47,572 nucleotides of DNA from Candidatus Saccharimonadales bacterium. Its GTDB lineage: Bacteria; Patescibacteriota; Saccharimonadia; Saccharimonadales; JAXHNE01. Position numbers and translations under genes: made by a program. Numbering within the stretch: the first letter of the stretch is position 1; the number at the start of each line of letters is the position of its first letter. The notes beneath the pieces are model-generated. The model saw nothing but the letters and a program-made list of their open reading frames with translations. It searched no databases and had not been told where the DNA came from. The stretch spans positions 1-47,572 of the forward strand of contig JBFIJL010000005.1 in the NCBI GenBank assembly GCA_041600755.1, given 5' to 3'. Positions 36,746-47,050 of this stretch are shown one piece after another.

Positions 36746-37531
36746 ATGGGTAATTATTGGAAAGAACGTAACAAGCCATATCAGCCTGGGCAGGTCGATA
36801 AATTCAAGGTTTCTCGCAGTAAAATTGAGCTATTCATGCAATGCCCACGCTGTTTTTGGTTGGATGCCCGCCTAAAAATAAAACGACCAGGTAGCCCGCC
36901 ATTTAACATCAATAAGACAATCGACGAGTTGTTTAAAAAAGAGTTTGATGTTTACCGAGAAAAAGCAGAGCCGCATCCACTTATGACAAAGTTCAAAGTT
37001 GAGGGGATTCCTTTTGCTCATAAAGATATGGACACCTGGCGCGAAAACTTTGTTGGAGTATTTACTCATCACGCGCCAACAAATCTGCATGTATTCGGTG
37101 CAGTTGATGATGTCTGGGTTAACACTGTAGGTGAACTGATGGTGGTTGATTATAAGGCTACAGCTAAAGACAAGCCCGTGACGCAGCTTGGGGCTCCTGG
37201 TGGCTGGCAGGACATGTATCGCCGTCAGATGGAAGTTTATCAGTGGCTACTGAGGGCGAATGGCCACAAGGTTAGCGATACTGGTTATTTTGTGTATGCA
37301 ACGGGTACTCAGGATCGTGATGGGTTTCATGACCAGGTAGATTTTGAGACCTTCGTGTTCCCGCATAATGGTAATTCTGACTGGGTAGAACCAACACTGC
37401 TTGAGATGAAAAAGACACTGGATGGTGATATGCCAGCAGTTGGCACAGCCGCAATGGGTGGTCCGTGCGAACACTGTGAATACGCCAAAGCCCGCACGAC
37501 CTTAACACTTCAAGCCCTTAAATCTCGTTAG
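36746..37531 (+). CDS. Stand-alone PD-(D/E)xK nuclease (Cas4/AddB-like)
   Basis: S.SKI....CPRC, GAVDD, VVDYKA, QMEVYQWLL, C-terminal CEHC. Confidence 0.88.
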   Translation: MGNYWKERNKPYQPGQVDKFKVSRSKIELFMQCPRCFWLDARLKIKRPGSPPFNINKTIDELFKKEFDVYREKAEPHPLMTKFKVEGIPFAHKDMDTWRENFVGVFTHHAPTNLHVFGAVDDVWVNTVGELMVVDYKATAKDKPVTQLGAPGGWQDMYRRQMEVYQWLLRANGHKVSDTGYFVYATGTQDRDGFHDQVDFETFVFPHNGNSDWVEPTLLEMKKTLDGDMPAVGTAAMGGPCEHCEYAKARTTLTLQALKSR

Positions 37532-37563
37532 AAAACTAGCCCCGAAAAAGGTATACTAAAGAC

Positions 37564-38847
37564 ATGTTAGATATTCAGTTTATTAGAGAGAATTCAGAGT
37601 TAGTTCAGAAAACTGCAGACCAAAAAGGCGACAAAGTTGATATTAGTCAATTGCTTGGTTTTGACCAAAAGCGACGTGAGTTAATCCAAGAAACGGATGA
37701 GATTCGCCGGAAGCGCAACGAGCTGGCTGAAAGCACTAAGGGGCAGCGACCAAGTGATGAGAAGATTGCGGAGGGTAGGATGCTCAAGGACCAATCTGCA
37801 GATCTAGAGCACAAACTTGCAAGCGTCAGTAAAGAGTTTGAAGACTTGCTTAGCAGGGTGCCGAACATCGCCAGTGACGATACGCCAGTTGGTGCAAGTG
37901 AGGATGAAAACGTTGTCGAGTTCGAATGGGGAGAAAAGCCTCATTTTGATTTTGCACCAAAACCTCACTGGGAGATGATGGATTACATAAATCAAGATAA
38001 GGCAGCAGCGATAAGTGGTGCCCGATTCTCATTCCTGCAAAAGGGAATGGTAAGAATGCAGTTTGCTCTTAATATGTTTGGCATGGATATTCTTACCAAT
38101 GAAGACACGCTGAAGCAAATAATTACAGACAACAACCTAGATGTTCCAAGCAAGCCGTTTGAGCTCATGGCGCCACCAATGATGATGCGCACCGATGCCT
38201 ATGAACGCACTACGCGGCTCAAGCCAGACGATGTAACTTTCAAGCTGGCCAATGACGATTTATGGCTAATCGGCTCCGCTGAACACCCAATGTGTGCGTA
38301 CTACATGGACGAAGTGATACCTGAAGCTGATTTGCCAGCTCGATTTTTGGGGCATTCTACTTCCTTCCGCCGAGAAGTAGGCAGTGCTGGTAAAGACACA
38401 CGTGGAATTATTCGAACACATCATTTTGACAAGCTTGAAATGGAAAGCTTTAGCACGCCAGAGGCGTCAGAGGGTGAGCATCGCCTGATGATTGCCGTAC
38501 AAGAATATATTTTGCAGCAACTGGAACTGCCGTATCAGCGTCTTCTGAAGTGTACGGCAGATATGGGTGGACCAAACTATCGAGGCGTGGATATCAATAC
38601 CTGGATGGCTGGGCAAAACGTTTACCGTGAAACGCATTCTGCTGATTGGATGACCGATTATCAGGCCAGGGGCACCAACACAAAAGTAGCTACAGACAAT
38701 GGTAAGGTGTTCGCCCACACCAATGACGCAACTGCCGTTACTACACGCGTTCTGATTGCAATTATGGAAAATTATCAGACGAGCGATGGTCATGTGCGCG
38801 TACCAGCAGTGCTGCGCAAGTACATGAGTGATTTAGAACAAATATAA
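37564..38847 (+). CDS. serS: Serine--tRNA ligase
   Basis: MLDIQFIREN, VPN, FRREVGSAGKDTRGIIR.H.F.K.E, YRETHS, HTN, ENYQ. Confidence 0.97.
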   Translation: MLDIQFIRENSELVQKTADQKGDKVDISQLLGFDQKRRELIQETDEIRRKRNELAESTKGQRPSDEKIAEGRMLKDQSADLEHKLASVSKEFEDLLSRVPNIASDDTPVGASEDENVVEFEWGEKPHFDFAPKPHWEMMDYINQDKAAAISGARFSFLQKGMVRMQFALNMFGMDILTNEDTLKQIITDNNLDVPSKPFELMAPPMMMRTDAYERTTRLKPDDVTFKLANDDLWLIGSAEHPMCAYYMDEVIPEADLPARFLGHSTSFRREVGSAGKDTRGIIRTHHFDKLEMESFSTPEASEGEHRLMIAVQEYILQQLELPYQRLLKCTADMGGPNYRGVDINTWMAGQNVYRETHSADWMTDYQARGTNTKVATDNGKVFAHTNDATAVTTRVLIAIMENYQTSDGHVRVPAVLRKYMSDLEQI

Positions 38848-38860
38848 ACGGAGGTTTTTT

Positions 38861-39226
38861 ATGATCAAAACAGAACAAATTGGCGTACATACAACAATCA
38901 CTGAGGAGCTTAAGAAGTATATCGATAAAAAAATCGGCAAGCTTGAAAAATATCTACCAAAAGATGCCCGTGAATCAGCTCATGCCGAAGTGTTTATTAA
39001 AGAGTCCAAGATAAAGACCAAGGTGCAGCACACCGCAGAAGTTGTATTGAAGTTAAAACACGAAACCATAACTGCCAAAGAAACCACCGTGAACCCATTT
39101 GCAGCGATAGATATAGTAGAAGCCAAGATGAAGAACCAGCTCAAAAGGTACAAAGACAAGCACGGTCACAGTAAATTCCACCACCGCGTTATATCAAAAA
39201 TGAAACGCCGCACCCCAGAACTCTAA
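38861..39226 (+). CDS. hpf: Ribosome hibernation factor (HPF/RaiA, short form)
   Basis: T..LKKYI.KKI.KL.KY, AE..L......AKE....FAAID....K...QL.RYK. Confidence 0.92.
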   Translation: MIKTEQIGVHTTITEELKKYIDKKIGKLEKYLPKDARESAHAEVFIKESKIKTKVQHTAEVVLKLKHETITAKETTVNPFAAIDIVEAKMKNQLKRYKDKHGHSKFHHRVISKMKRRTPEL

Positions 39227-39339
39227 GAGCCCGCCATTCTACACTTACAATCGCTTGGTTTTTCCGGTAGAATATATGCTATTGTCGTTACTGACTGACG
39301 TTCCGTTAAGATTAGGGGTGAGGAAAGGGTATTATCCGA

Positions 39340-41937
39340 ATGAAGAAGGTTTTTAAGCGTGTACTAGGCGATCCGCAGGTCAAGACTTTGAAGCGCATGA
39401 GAAAGCGAGTCAAAGAAATAAACGCGCTTGAGTCAAAATACAAAAAAATGTCTGACACAAAGCTAAAAGAGCAGACTGAAGGTTTTAGAAAGCGGCTGAA
39501 GACAGAATCGCTTGATGCGATTTTGCCGGATGCTTTTGCGGTTGTGCGTGAGGCAACAGACCGTACACTCAAAATGCGTCACTTTGATGTCCAGCTCATC
39601 GGTGGAATGGTGTTGCATGAAGGTAGCGTTGCCGAAATGAAAACTGGTGAAGGTAAAACTCTTGTGGCTACCTTGCCGCTGTACCTTAATGCGCTGACTG
39701 GCAAGGGTGCTCACTTAATCACGGTCAATGACTACCTGGCTAGAATCGGTGCGGGCTGGATGGCACCAGTCTATGATTTTCTTGGACTATCGGTGGCGGT
39801 CATAATGCCAGACGCATCTTATATTTATGACACGTCATTCACCGACAAAGAACAGGATGATGATAGGTTCAAGCACCTTAAGCCATGCACGCGTCAAGAG
39901 GCATATGCCGCCGACATTACTTACGGTACTAACAACGAGTACGGCTTTGATTATCTTCGCGACAACATGGTCCGAGAAGAATCACAGCTAAGACAGCGAG
40001 ACTTGCACTACGCCATCGTTGACGAAGTTGACTCAATCTTGATCGATGAAGCACGTACACCACTGATTATCTCGGCGCCATCTACTACCAGCGGTGCGTC
40101 ATATGGGCAATTTGCAAAAGTGGTCCGTAATCTTAAGCGCGAAACTCACTACGAAGTCGATGAAAAACGAAAATCAGTTGTTTTGACCGACGAAGGTGTA
40201 GAAAAAGTAGAAAAAATACTTGGCATTAAAAATCTGTATGGCACAGAAAATATTCGTACTATTTTTCACCTCGAGCAGTCGCTTAAAGCCCAGGCGTTGT
40301 TCAAGCGCGATAAAGATTACGTAGTAACAGCCGATGGCGAAGTAGTGATTGTCGACGACTTCACTGGACGTCTACTAAAAGGCCGTCGTTATAACGAAGG
40401 ACTTCACCAAGCAATCGAAGCCAAAGAGGGTGTTGAAGTTCAAGAAGAGTCAATGACGCTTGCTACTATTAGCTTTCAGAACTACTTCCGCCTATACGAC
40501 AAGCTGTCAGGTATGACCGGTACGGCCGTAACCGAGCAAGAAGAGTTCCATCAGATTTATGAACTCGATGTTGTAGAGATTCCACCAAACCGAACAGTCG
40601 TTCGTGATGACCGACCAGATCGAATTTACCGAACCGAACTCGGAAAATTTAAGGCTATTGCTGCCGAGACGCGCGAAATGCACGAAAAGGGACAGCCTGT
40701 GCTGATTGGTACAGCTTCAATTGAAAAGAACGAATTGCTCAGTAAACTTCTTAAAAAAGAAGGAATTCCACACCAGCTACTAAATGCCAAGAATAACGAA
40801 CGTGAAGCGAAGATTGTTTCGCAAGCCGGCCAAAAAGGTGCGGTCACAATTGCGACCAACATAGCAGGACGCGGTACCGACATCGTGCTCGGAGAGGGTG
40901 TGCAAAAGCTTGGGGGACTCCATGTGTTTGGAACAGAGCGAAATGAATCGCGACGCGTTGACAACCAGCTACGAGGTCGTGCTGGACGTCAGGGTGATCC
41001 TGGTTCATCACAGTTCTTCGTGAGCACCGAAGATGACTTAATGAGAATTTTTGGTGGCGAGAGAATCGCGTCAATCATGAACCGACTTGGCGTCGATGAT
41101 GAGGTGCCAATCCAAAACCGGGTAATCAGTAAGAGTCTAGAAGGTGCACAGAAGAAAGTAGAAGGCTTCAACTTTGACGCTCGAAAAAATGTTGTTGAAT
41201 ATGACGATGTAATGAACCGTCATCGCAAGGCAACTTATAGCATGCGCCGCGAAATCCTCAGTCGTGTTGATGTCAAGAAACGCATACTCGCATACATCGA
41301 AGAAGAAGCGCACGCATTGGCAACCTCGCCGCTGCTTACAAGTGAACATTTTGAAGACATTGTGACCGAAGTATTTTCGTTCGACGAACCAACGCTTGAT
41401 CGCTTGTTCGATAGTCCAGCTGACACATTCGGTAAAGTGCTAAAAACAGAGGCGCTTGAGCTGTATGAAGCGCGCGAAGCAGCCTTCGGCGAGGATATTA
41501 TGCGCAAGATCGAACGCGATATATATCTGCAGATTCTGGATAACCTGTGGATGCAGCACCTGGAAAGCATGGATCATATGCGCCAGGGAATTCACTGGAT
41601 CAGTGTAGGGCAGCGGGATCCACTTGTTGAATATCGACGCCAATCAAAGCTGATGTTTGAAGAGATGCAAATTCAACTTCGCCATGAAGTACTTCGTACA
41701 CTTTTCCATGCACAGCCAGTAAGTGAAGATGACTTAGATCGTGCCACCGAGACTGAACTTACGCGTGCAGCAAGGAGCTCAGTTGATAATGCCAACCGAA
41801 TTATCAACGCTGACGAGTTCGAGGAAGTTGATTTTGTGCCGGCCAAAAAAGCCGCAACTGTCAAAAAGCAGGCAAAATCAGCGATTAAAAAATCACGAAA
41901 AACTGAACGACAGCGTCGCAAGAAAAACCGTAAATAA
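39340..41937 (+). CDS. secA: Preprotein translocase ATPase SecA
   Basis: EMKTGEGKT, TVNDYLA, YGTNNEYGFDYLRDN, DEVDSILIDEARTPLIIS, NQLRGRAGRQGDPG. Confidence 0.99.
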   Translation: MKKVFKRVLGDPQVKTLKRMRKRVKEINALESKYKKMSDTKLKEQTEGFRKRLKTESLDAILPDAFAVVREATDRTLKMRHFDVQLIGGMVLHEGSVAEMKTGEGKTLVATLPLYLNALTGKGAHLITVNDYLARIGAGWMAPVYDFLGLSVAVIMPDASYIYDTSFTDKEQDDDRFKHLKPCTRQEAYAADITYGTNNEYGFDYLRDNMVREESQLRQRDLHYAIVDEVDSILIDEARTPLIISAPSTTSGASYGQFAKVVRNLKRETHYEVDEKRKSVVLTDEGVEKVEKILGIKNLYGTENIRTIFHLEQSLKAQALFKRDKDYVVTADGEVVIVDDFTGRLLKGRRYNEGLHQAIEAKEGVEVQEESMTLATISFQNYFRLYDKLSGMTGTAVTEQEEFHQIYELDVVEIPPNRTVVRDDRPDRIYRTELGKFKAIAAETREMHEKGQPVLIGTASIEKNELLSKLLKKEGIPHQLLNAKNNEREAKIVSQAGQKGAVTIATNIAGRGTDIVLGEGVQKLGGLHVFGTERNESRRVDNQLRGRAGRQGDPGSSQFFVSTEDDLMRIFGGERIASIMNRLGVDDEVPIQNRVISKSLEGAQKKVEGFNFDARKNVVEYDDVMNRHRKATYSMRREILSRVDVKKRILAYIEEEAHALATSPLLTSEHFEDIVTEVFSFDEPTLDRLFDSPADTFGKVLKTEALELYEAREAAFGEDIMRKIERDIYLQILDNLWMQHLESMDHMRQGIHWISVGQRDPLVEYRRQSKLMFEEMQIQLRHEVLRTLFHAQPVSEDDLDRATETELTRAARSSVDNANRIINADEFEEVDFVPAKKAATVKKQAKSAIKKSRKTERQRRKKNRK

Positions 41938-41951
41938 ATGAGCAGTCGCTA

Positions 41952-43238
41952 GTGAAACATCGCGTTAGTGAAATCAGGCTTAGCAATGGTGCAACAGGTT
42001 TGTTGGTGCACGTTCCCGATGCTAGCGTCATGACTTTCGAGTACAACTTTAGAGCTGGTGAGTATCTGGTTTCTAGAGACAAATGGGAAACTCCACATTT
42101 AATGGAGCATGTATTGCTTGGTGCAAACGAGCTGATTCCAAAAGCTCGAACGTTTCAAGCTGAATTTGAAAAAAATGGTGCATATTGTAACGCCAGTACA
42201 GGGGCATATGACATTACCTATGAGGCTGAATGTGCTGATTTTGAATGGGACAGAATACTAGACTTACTGGCGACTGCAGTCACGAAACCATTATTTTTAG
42301 AAGAAGAATTCGAAGCAGAGTTTGGCAATGTTCGTGAGGAGCTAACCGCTCGCAGCAACAATCATTTTAGACACTTGAGCCTTGCTCTACGCGAGGAGTT
42401 CGGCTTCTTTACTATGACTGACCAAGAGCGACTAAAGCGCATGGATGCAGTCACAATTGAGGACGTCAGGGCACACTACAAAGCAACACACACCACCAAT
42501 AACCTTCGATTTGTTATTGCAGGTAAGTTGCCGCCGGCTCGACGCAAATTCATCAAAGAGTTTTTGGGTGCAATTGAGCTTGAGCAAGGTGCGGTTAGAC
42601 TGGAATTACCACATGAAGTACCAAAGCTTCTTACGAAGCCGTTGGTTCTTGAAAATAAAACTATCGATAACTTGTACTTTTACATCGATACATTCATGAA
42701 GCGTCGCATGCGCGACCCAGAAGTAGATGCACTGAGTCTAATTAATATGATGTTCACGGAGACGCTTTATTCTAGAATGCTTGGAACAGCGCGTGAAAAA
42801 GGCTTGGTGTACAGTATGAGCTCTGGATATGGACAATCTAAAGATAGTAGCAATTGGTGGGCGGGGGCGCAGGTATTGCCCAAAAACGCACCAGCACTTT
42901 ACGACATTATTATTAGCGAGCTTAAAAAAGTATTTGACGGTGAATTGCATGACGATGATGTGACTGCAGCCAAGCAGTATGCGCTTGGACGTTTCCAGCG
43001 CAGCGGGCAGACAGTAGCCGGCATTGCAAACAGCTATAGCGATAGATACTTCTTTGATGGAGAAATCGAAGATTATTACACAGTGCCCGACCGTATTCGT
43101 GCCGTTTCCAAGAATCGAATTGTGTCTATAACGCAAGCAATGTTCGAAGAGGGCGTTTGGGGCATGGGGGTTCTTGGCGGGGTGGATGAAAAATTTGCAG
43201 ACGACCTGCACGTTCGCATGTCGAAGCTATTTAAATAA
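41952..43238 (+). CDS. M16 (pitrilysin/insulinase) family zinc peptidase
   Basis: Inverted zinc motif HLMEH, NAST, V.EE, REKGLVY; GTG start. Confidence 0.92.
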   Translation: MKHRVSEIRLSNGATGLLVHVPDASVMTFEYNFRAGEYLVSRDKWETPHLMEHVLLGANELIPKARTFQAEFEKNGAYCNASTGAYDITYEAECADFEWDRILDLLATAVTKPLFLEEEFEAEFGNVREELTARSNNHFRHLSLALREEFGFFTMTDQERLKRMDAVTIEDVRAHYKATHTTNNLRFVIAGKLPPARRKFIKEFLGAIELEQGAVRLELPHEVPKLLTKPLVLENKTIDNLYFYIDTFMKRRMRDPEVDALSLINMMFTETLYSRMLGTAREKGLVYSMSSGYGQSKDSSNWWAGAQVLPKNAPALYDIIISELKKVFDGELHDDDVTAAKQYALGRFQRSGQTVAGIANSYSDRYFFDGEIEDYYTVPDRIRAVSKNRIVSITQAMFEEGVWGMGVLGGVDEKFADDLHVRMSKLFK

Positions 43239-43310
43239 TTCAAACTTCTAAAGCGCTTGAGCTTACCCATATATCTCTTTATACTGGTATTCAATATAAG
43301 AAGGAAATAT

Positions 43311-44066
43311 ATGGATCAAACCAACGAGCCAGCTGAACCGCAGCCGGCATCAACTCCGCAAGTGCCAGAATCTGCACCAGTTGACGAAGCGCAGCGAACA
43401 TCTGAGCCGGTCCAGCCTTCTATTTCATTGCCAGCTGAAGCTCCTGCCCAAATCACCGAACCCGGAAGCGCCACCGAGCAGCCATTGCCCAAAAAACGCA
43501 GTAAAGGATTGGTGATTTCAGCAATTGCTACTTTACTAATCATAACGGTGTGTGGAATATTTCTTGCAACTCAGATTTTTGGCAGCAACTTAGATCTGGA
43601 GACATACCAGGGTGACGGTTTCACTATTGACTACCCAGTTGGCTACGAAGTCATGGCTGATGACACTGGCGTAGTATTTAAAGAGTTAGTAAAAGAGGGC
43701 GATGATCCCGAGAGCGCTTCACAGGTTTATGTTGTGTATGCAAAAATCGGAAGCCTGGAAGCTCAACAAAAACAGTTAATCGCCGCGAACTTTGAAAAAG
43801 TTGGTGAAACATTTGTAAGTAGCATTTCAAGTGCTGGTAGAAATGTAACAAAGAATAATGATGAGCAGAAAACTACCTTGCTTGGGCGTGATGCAAAGCT
43901 ACTTACCGGCGATGTATATGACGATGAAAAGCAGGCAGGATCATACAAGTTAGTGGTGCGTCTAACAGATACGGATTTAGTACTTTTAGGTGTGGCAGCA
44001 CATGTTTCTGATGCTGATGTGAAATTGGCGGCTGATAAAATAATCAATTCGTTTCAGCTTGAGTAG
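43311..44066 (+). CDS. Hypothetical single-TM protein with Pro/Glu-rich N-terminus and PsbP-like extracellular domain
   Basis: ATG at 43311 after AAGGA; F.I.YP..Y motif and C-terminal IINSFQL. Confidence 0.7.
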   Translation: MDQTNEPAEPQPASTPQVPESAPVDEAQRTSEPVQPSISLPAEAPAQITEPGSATEQPLPKKRSKGLVISAIATLLIITVCGIFLATQIFGSNLDLETYQGDGFTIDYPVGYEVMADDTGVVFKELVKEGDDPESASQVYVVYAKIGSLEAQQKQLIAANFEKVGETFVSSISSAGRNVTKNNDEQKTTLLGRDAKLLTGDVYDDEKQAGSYKLVVRLTDTDLVLLGVAAHVSDADVKLAADKIINSFQLE

Positions 44067-44089
44067 TAATATTTGTATACTGGTAGGGT

Positions 44090-45175
44090 ATGGGACAGAT
44101 GGCGCAAGGAGCGCAAGAGCTGGCAGCCTCAGTAGAGGATGCGTGTCGACAACTTAAGATTGTCGAGCTTCAGACTGAACTTGAAACACTGAACGCAAAA
44201 GTGGGTGAACCTGATTTCTGGTCAGACAACTTATCGGCTCAAAAAGTTGTGAAGAAGCAGGCAAAATTAGAGAAGCGGATTCGCCCATGGGTTGATTTGC
44301 GTCAGTCATTATCTGATTTACAAGAGCTGGTAGAGTTGAATGATGAGTCGCTTGCATCAGATCTGCAGGAGCAGCTTGACAAGCTGAACGCAAAATACGA
44401 GGCATTAAAAAGTAGTCTACTGTTAAGTGGTCCGTATGATGATTACGATGCACTACTAGGTATTCACGCGGGAGCTGGTGGAACCGACGCACAGGATTGG
44501 GCAGAAATGTTGCTGCGTATGTATTCTCGTTGGGCAGAAAAAGAGCAATTACAGGTGACTTTACTTGAGCAGTCAGCAGCTGACGAAGCAGGCATCAAAA
44601 GTGCACTGCTTGAAATTTCTGGCCCGTCGGTATTTGGACGACTAAAAAGTGAGCATGGCGTACATAGATTAGTCCGGCTTAGCCCATTCAATAGTGATAA
44701 TTTGCGACAAACAAGTTTCGCCAAAATTGAAGTCATGCCAGTAATTGATGAGCCTGAAGAAATTGAGATTGATGAAAAAGACTTGAAGATTGATGTCTAT
44801 CGTAGCGGAGGCAAGGGTGGACAGTCGGTCAATACTACTGATTCTGCTGTTCGTATCACTCACGAACCGACTGGTATCGTAGTGGCAATCCAGAATGAAC
44901 GCAGCCAGCTGCAAAACCGTGAGACCGCCATGGGGATTCTAAGAAGTCGTCTAGCTCAGCTCAAGCTCGAACAGCACGCGGAGAGAGTTGATGAGCTAAA
45001 GGGTCCAAACCAGTCAGCAGAGTGGGGAAATCAAATTAGAAATTATGTACTTCATCCTTACAAACAGGTCAAGGATGTGCGCACTAAACATGAAACTTCC
45101 GACCCGGATGCAGTTCTAGAAGGCGATATCGACGAGTTCATTCAGGCTTACCTAGAGGCAAATCTGGGCAGCTAG
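44090..45175 (+). CDS. prfB: Peptide chain release factor 2 (continuous ORF, no programmed frameshift)
   Basis: GAGGTDAQDWA, EHGVHRLVRLSPF (SPF), [29 protein letters not shown]. Confidence 0.98.
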   Translation: MGQMAQGAQELAASVEDACRQLKIVELQTELETLNAKVGEPDFWSDNLSAQKVVKKQAKLEKRIRPWVDLRQSLSDLQELVELNDESLASDLQEQLDKLNAKYEALKSSLLLSGPYDDYDALLGIHAGAGGTDAQDWAEMLLRMYSRWAEKEQLQVTLLEQSAADEAGIKSALLEISGPSVFGRLKSEHGVHRLVRLSPFNSDNLRQTSFAKIEVMPVIDEPEEIEIDEKDLKIDVYRSGGKGGQSVNTTDSAVRITHEPTGIVVAIQNERSQLQNRETAMGILRSRLAQLKLEQHAERVDELKGPNQSAEWGNQIRNYVLHPYKQVKDVRTKHETSDPDAVLEGDIDEFIQAYLEANLGS

Positions 45176-45322
45176 GCAAAGCTGAATTGAAATTAAATCA
45201 AAAGGCTACTTTTAACAGATACGAAAGTTATTATTTGTGCATCGGATTGCAAACATTTTCCAGTATTAAGATCACGAATGTTGCGGGTTCTAATATGTCG
45301 CAAGTAAGGTATAATAGTGCTA

Positions 45323-46009
45323 ATGATTCTGCTTGATAGGGTATCCAAAGTATATAACCGTAGCCACGGCGCGATTGAGCGTGTTAGCTTGCATGTTGAG
45401 CCCAGGGAATTTGTGGTGATAGTTGGCTCGAGTGGTGCCGGAAAATCTACTTTGCTAAAACTTCTTACCAAGGAAGAAAACCCAACCAGTGGCAAGATTG
45501 TGGTGGGGGGTATTGACTATGACAAGTTAAAGGACAAAGACATCCCGCTACTGAGGCGCAAGATTGGAGTGGTGTTTCAGGACTTCAAACTATTGCCTGG
45601 TAAGACGGTGTTCGAAAACGTGGCTTTTGCTCTTGAAATTGTCGGTTACGGCAACAAAGAAATCCAACATACCGTGCCAAAAGTGCTCGAAATTGTTGGA
45701 CTTCGTGGCAAAGAAAAGCGTTATCCGCATGAACTATCTGGTGGTGAGCGTCAGCGTGTAGCTATTGCGCGTGCGGTTGTTCGTCAACCTAAGATTCTGA
45801 TTGCCGATGAGCCTACTGGGAACTTAGACCCTAAACATGCCTGGGAGGTTATTCGCGTACTCGAAAAGATAAATCATTACGGCACTACTGTTATTTTGAC
45901 GACCCACAATCAAGAGATAGTAAATAAACTCAAACGACGCGTGGTGGTCATAGAAGATGGAAAAGTTGCCAGCGACAACGCGAGTGGTGTGTACAAGGAG
46001 AGCAAATAG
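45323..46009 (+). CDS. ftsE: Cell division ATP-binding protein FtsE
   Basis: GSSGAGKST, LRRKIGVVFQDFKLL, LSGGERQR, ADEPTGNLD; likely start is the ATG at 45323. Confidence 0.97.
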   Translation: MILLDRVSKVYNRSHGAIERVSLHVEPREFVVIVGSSGAGKSTLLKLLTKEENPTSGKIVVGGIDYDKLKDKDIPLLRRKIGVVFQDFKLLPGKTVFENVAFALEIVGYGNKEIQHTVPKVLEIVGLRGKEKRYPHELSGGERQRVAIARAVVRQPKILIADEPTGNLDPKHAWEVIRVLEKINHYGTTVILTTHNQEIVNKLKRRVVVIEDGKVASDNASGVYKESK

Positions 46010-46968
46010 TGGCCAAGCCTCCAGGTAACCACAAGATGGTATCTTTCATGCGTGTCGTAAAGACCGGCATGCTCAACTTTGTGCGAAATGCGTGGCTAAG
46101 TATTGCAGCCATGGCTGTTATGACCATTACGCTTTGCATTATTTTATTCTCGTTTATTGCAAACATCACGCTTACCAACACTATCACGCAAATTACCGAC
46201 AAAATTGATATTTCTGTTTATCTTAAAGATGAGGTTGATCAAGCAACAGCAGATAAGCTGATCGGCGACGTCGAAGGTCTTCCCAATGTTAAATCTGTGG
46301 AATTTGTCACTAAAGAACAAGCTCTTGAGGACTATCGCAAGGCAAATGAGAATAATATAGACTTATTGCTTGCCATTTCCCAGACCGATAATCCGTTGCC
46401 TGCCAGCTTGCGCATCAAACCAGTTGACGTTAATAAAATCGAAGAAATTAAGAATTACGTTGAGCAGCCAGAAGTTAAAGAACTGCAATCAGACGAAACC
46501 TCGTACTCAGCAGAGCGCAGAGAAGCGATCGACAATATCACTAGCACAGCTAATTTGTTGCAACGAGCCGGAGTTGTTGGTATCGTGCTGTTTACTGCAG
46601 TCTCGATGCTGATAATCTTCAACACAATTCAAATGGCAATTTTTAACCGCAGAGAAGAGCTAAAAATTATGCGCTTGCTTGGCGCAAGTACTAGTTATAT
46701 TCGGGGTCCTTTCATTGTAGAGACGGTCATTTATGGCATTGTTTCTGCTGTAATCGCAGTTTCAGTTAGCGCATCTGTGCTTTCGCTTGCTACGAATCCG
46801 TCCTTCATTGTAGTCACGGCTTTTGTTGACATCCAGTCAGTCTACAATTACTTCAATGAGAATTTCTTGCTTATTTTGACGGGGCAGATGGCATTGGGTA
46901 TACTTATCGGTGCCGTATCTTCTTACATTGCTACGCGGCGCTATCTCAAATTTAAAACTAGCAAATAA
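46009..46968 (+). CDS. ftsX: Cell division permease FtsX
   Basis: NF.RN.WLS, ISVYLK, NPLPAS, IFNTI..AIF.RREEL.IMRL.GA...I..PF. Confidence 0.96.
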   Translation: MAKPPGNHKMVSFMRVVKTGMLNFVRNAWLSIAAMAVMTITLCIILFSFIANITLTNTITQITDKIDISVYLKDEVDQATADKLIGDVEGLPNVKSVEFVTKEQALEDYRKANENNIDLLLAISQTDNPLPASLRIKPVDVNKIEEIKNYVEQPEVKELQSDETSYSAERREAIDNITSTANLLQRAGVVGIVLFTAVSMLIIFNTIQMAIFNRREELKIMRLLGASTSYIRGPFIVETVIYGIVSAVIAVSVSASVLSLATNPSFIVVTAFVDIQSVYNYFNENFLLILTGQMALGILIGAVSSYIATRRYLKFKTSK

Positions 46969-47050
46969 CCACTTTATCAAACCTCGCAAAAGTACCCATG
47001 AAAAGGGGGATTGTGCTATGCTGAGCCTGCAACAGAATGCAACAAAAACT

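Noticed and set aside
45176-45316. Riboswitch or sRNA upstream of ftsE
   Set aside because: Only a weak stem (gcaaacatt/aatgttgc), no recognisable aptamer consensus, and the -10 box lies downstream of it, next to the start codon.
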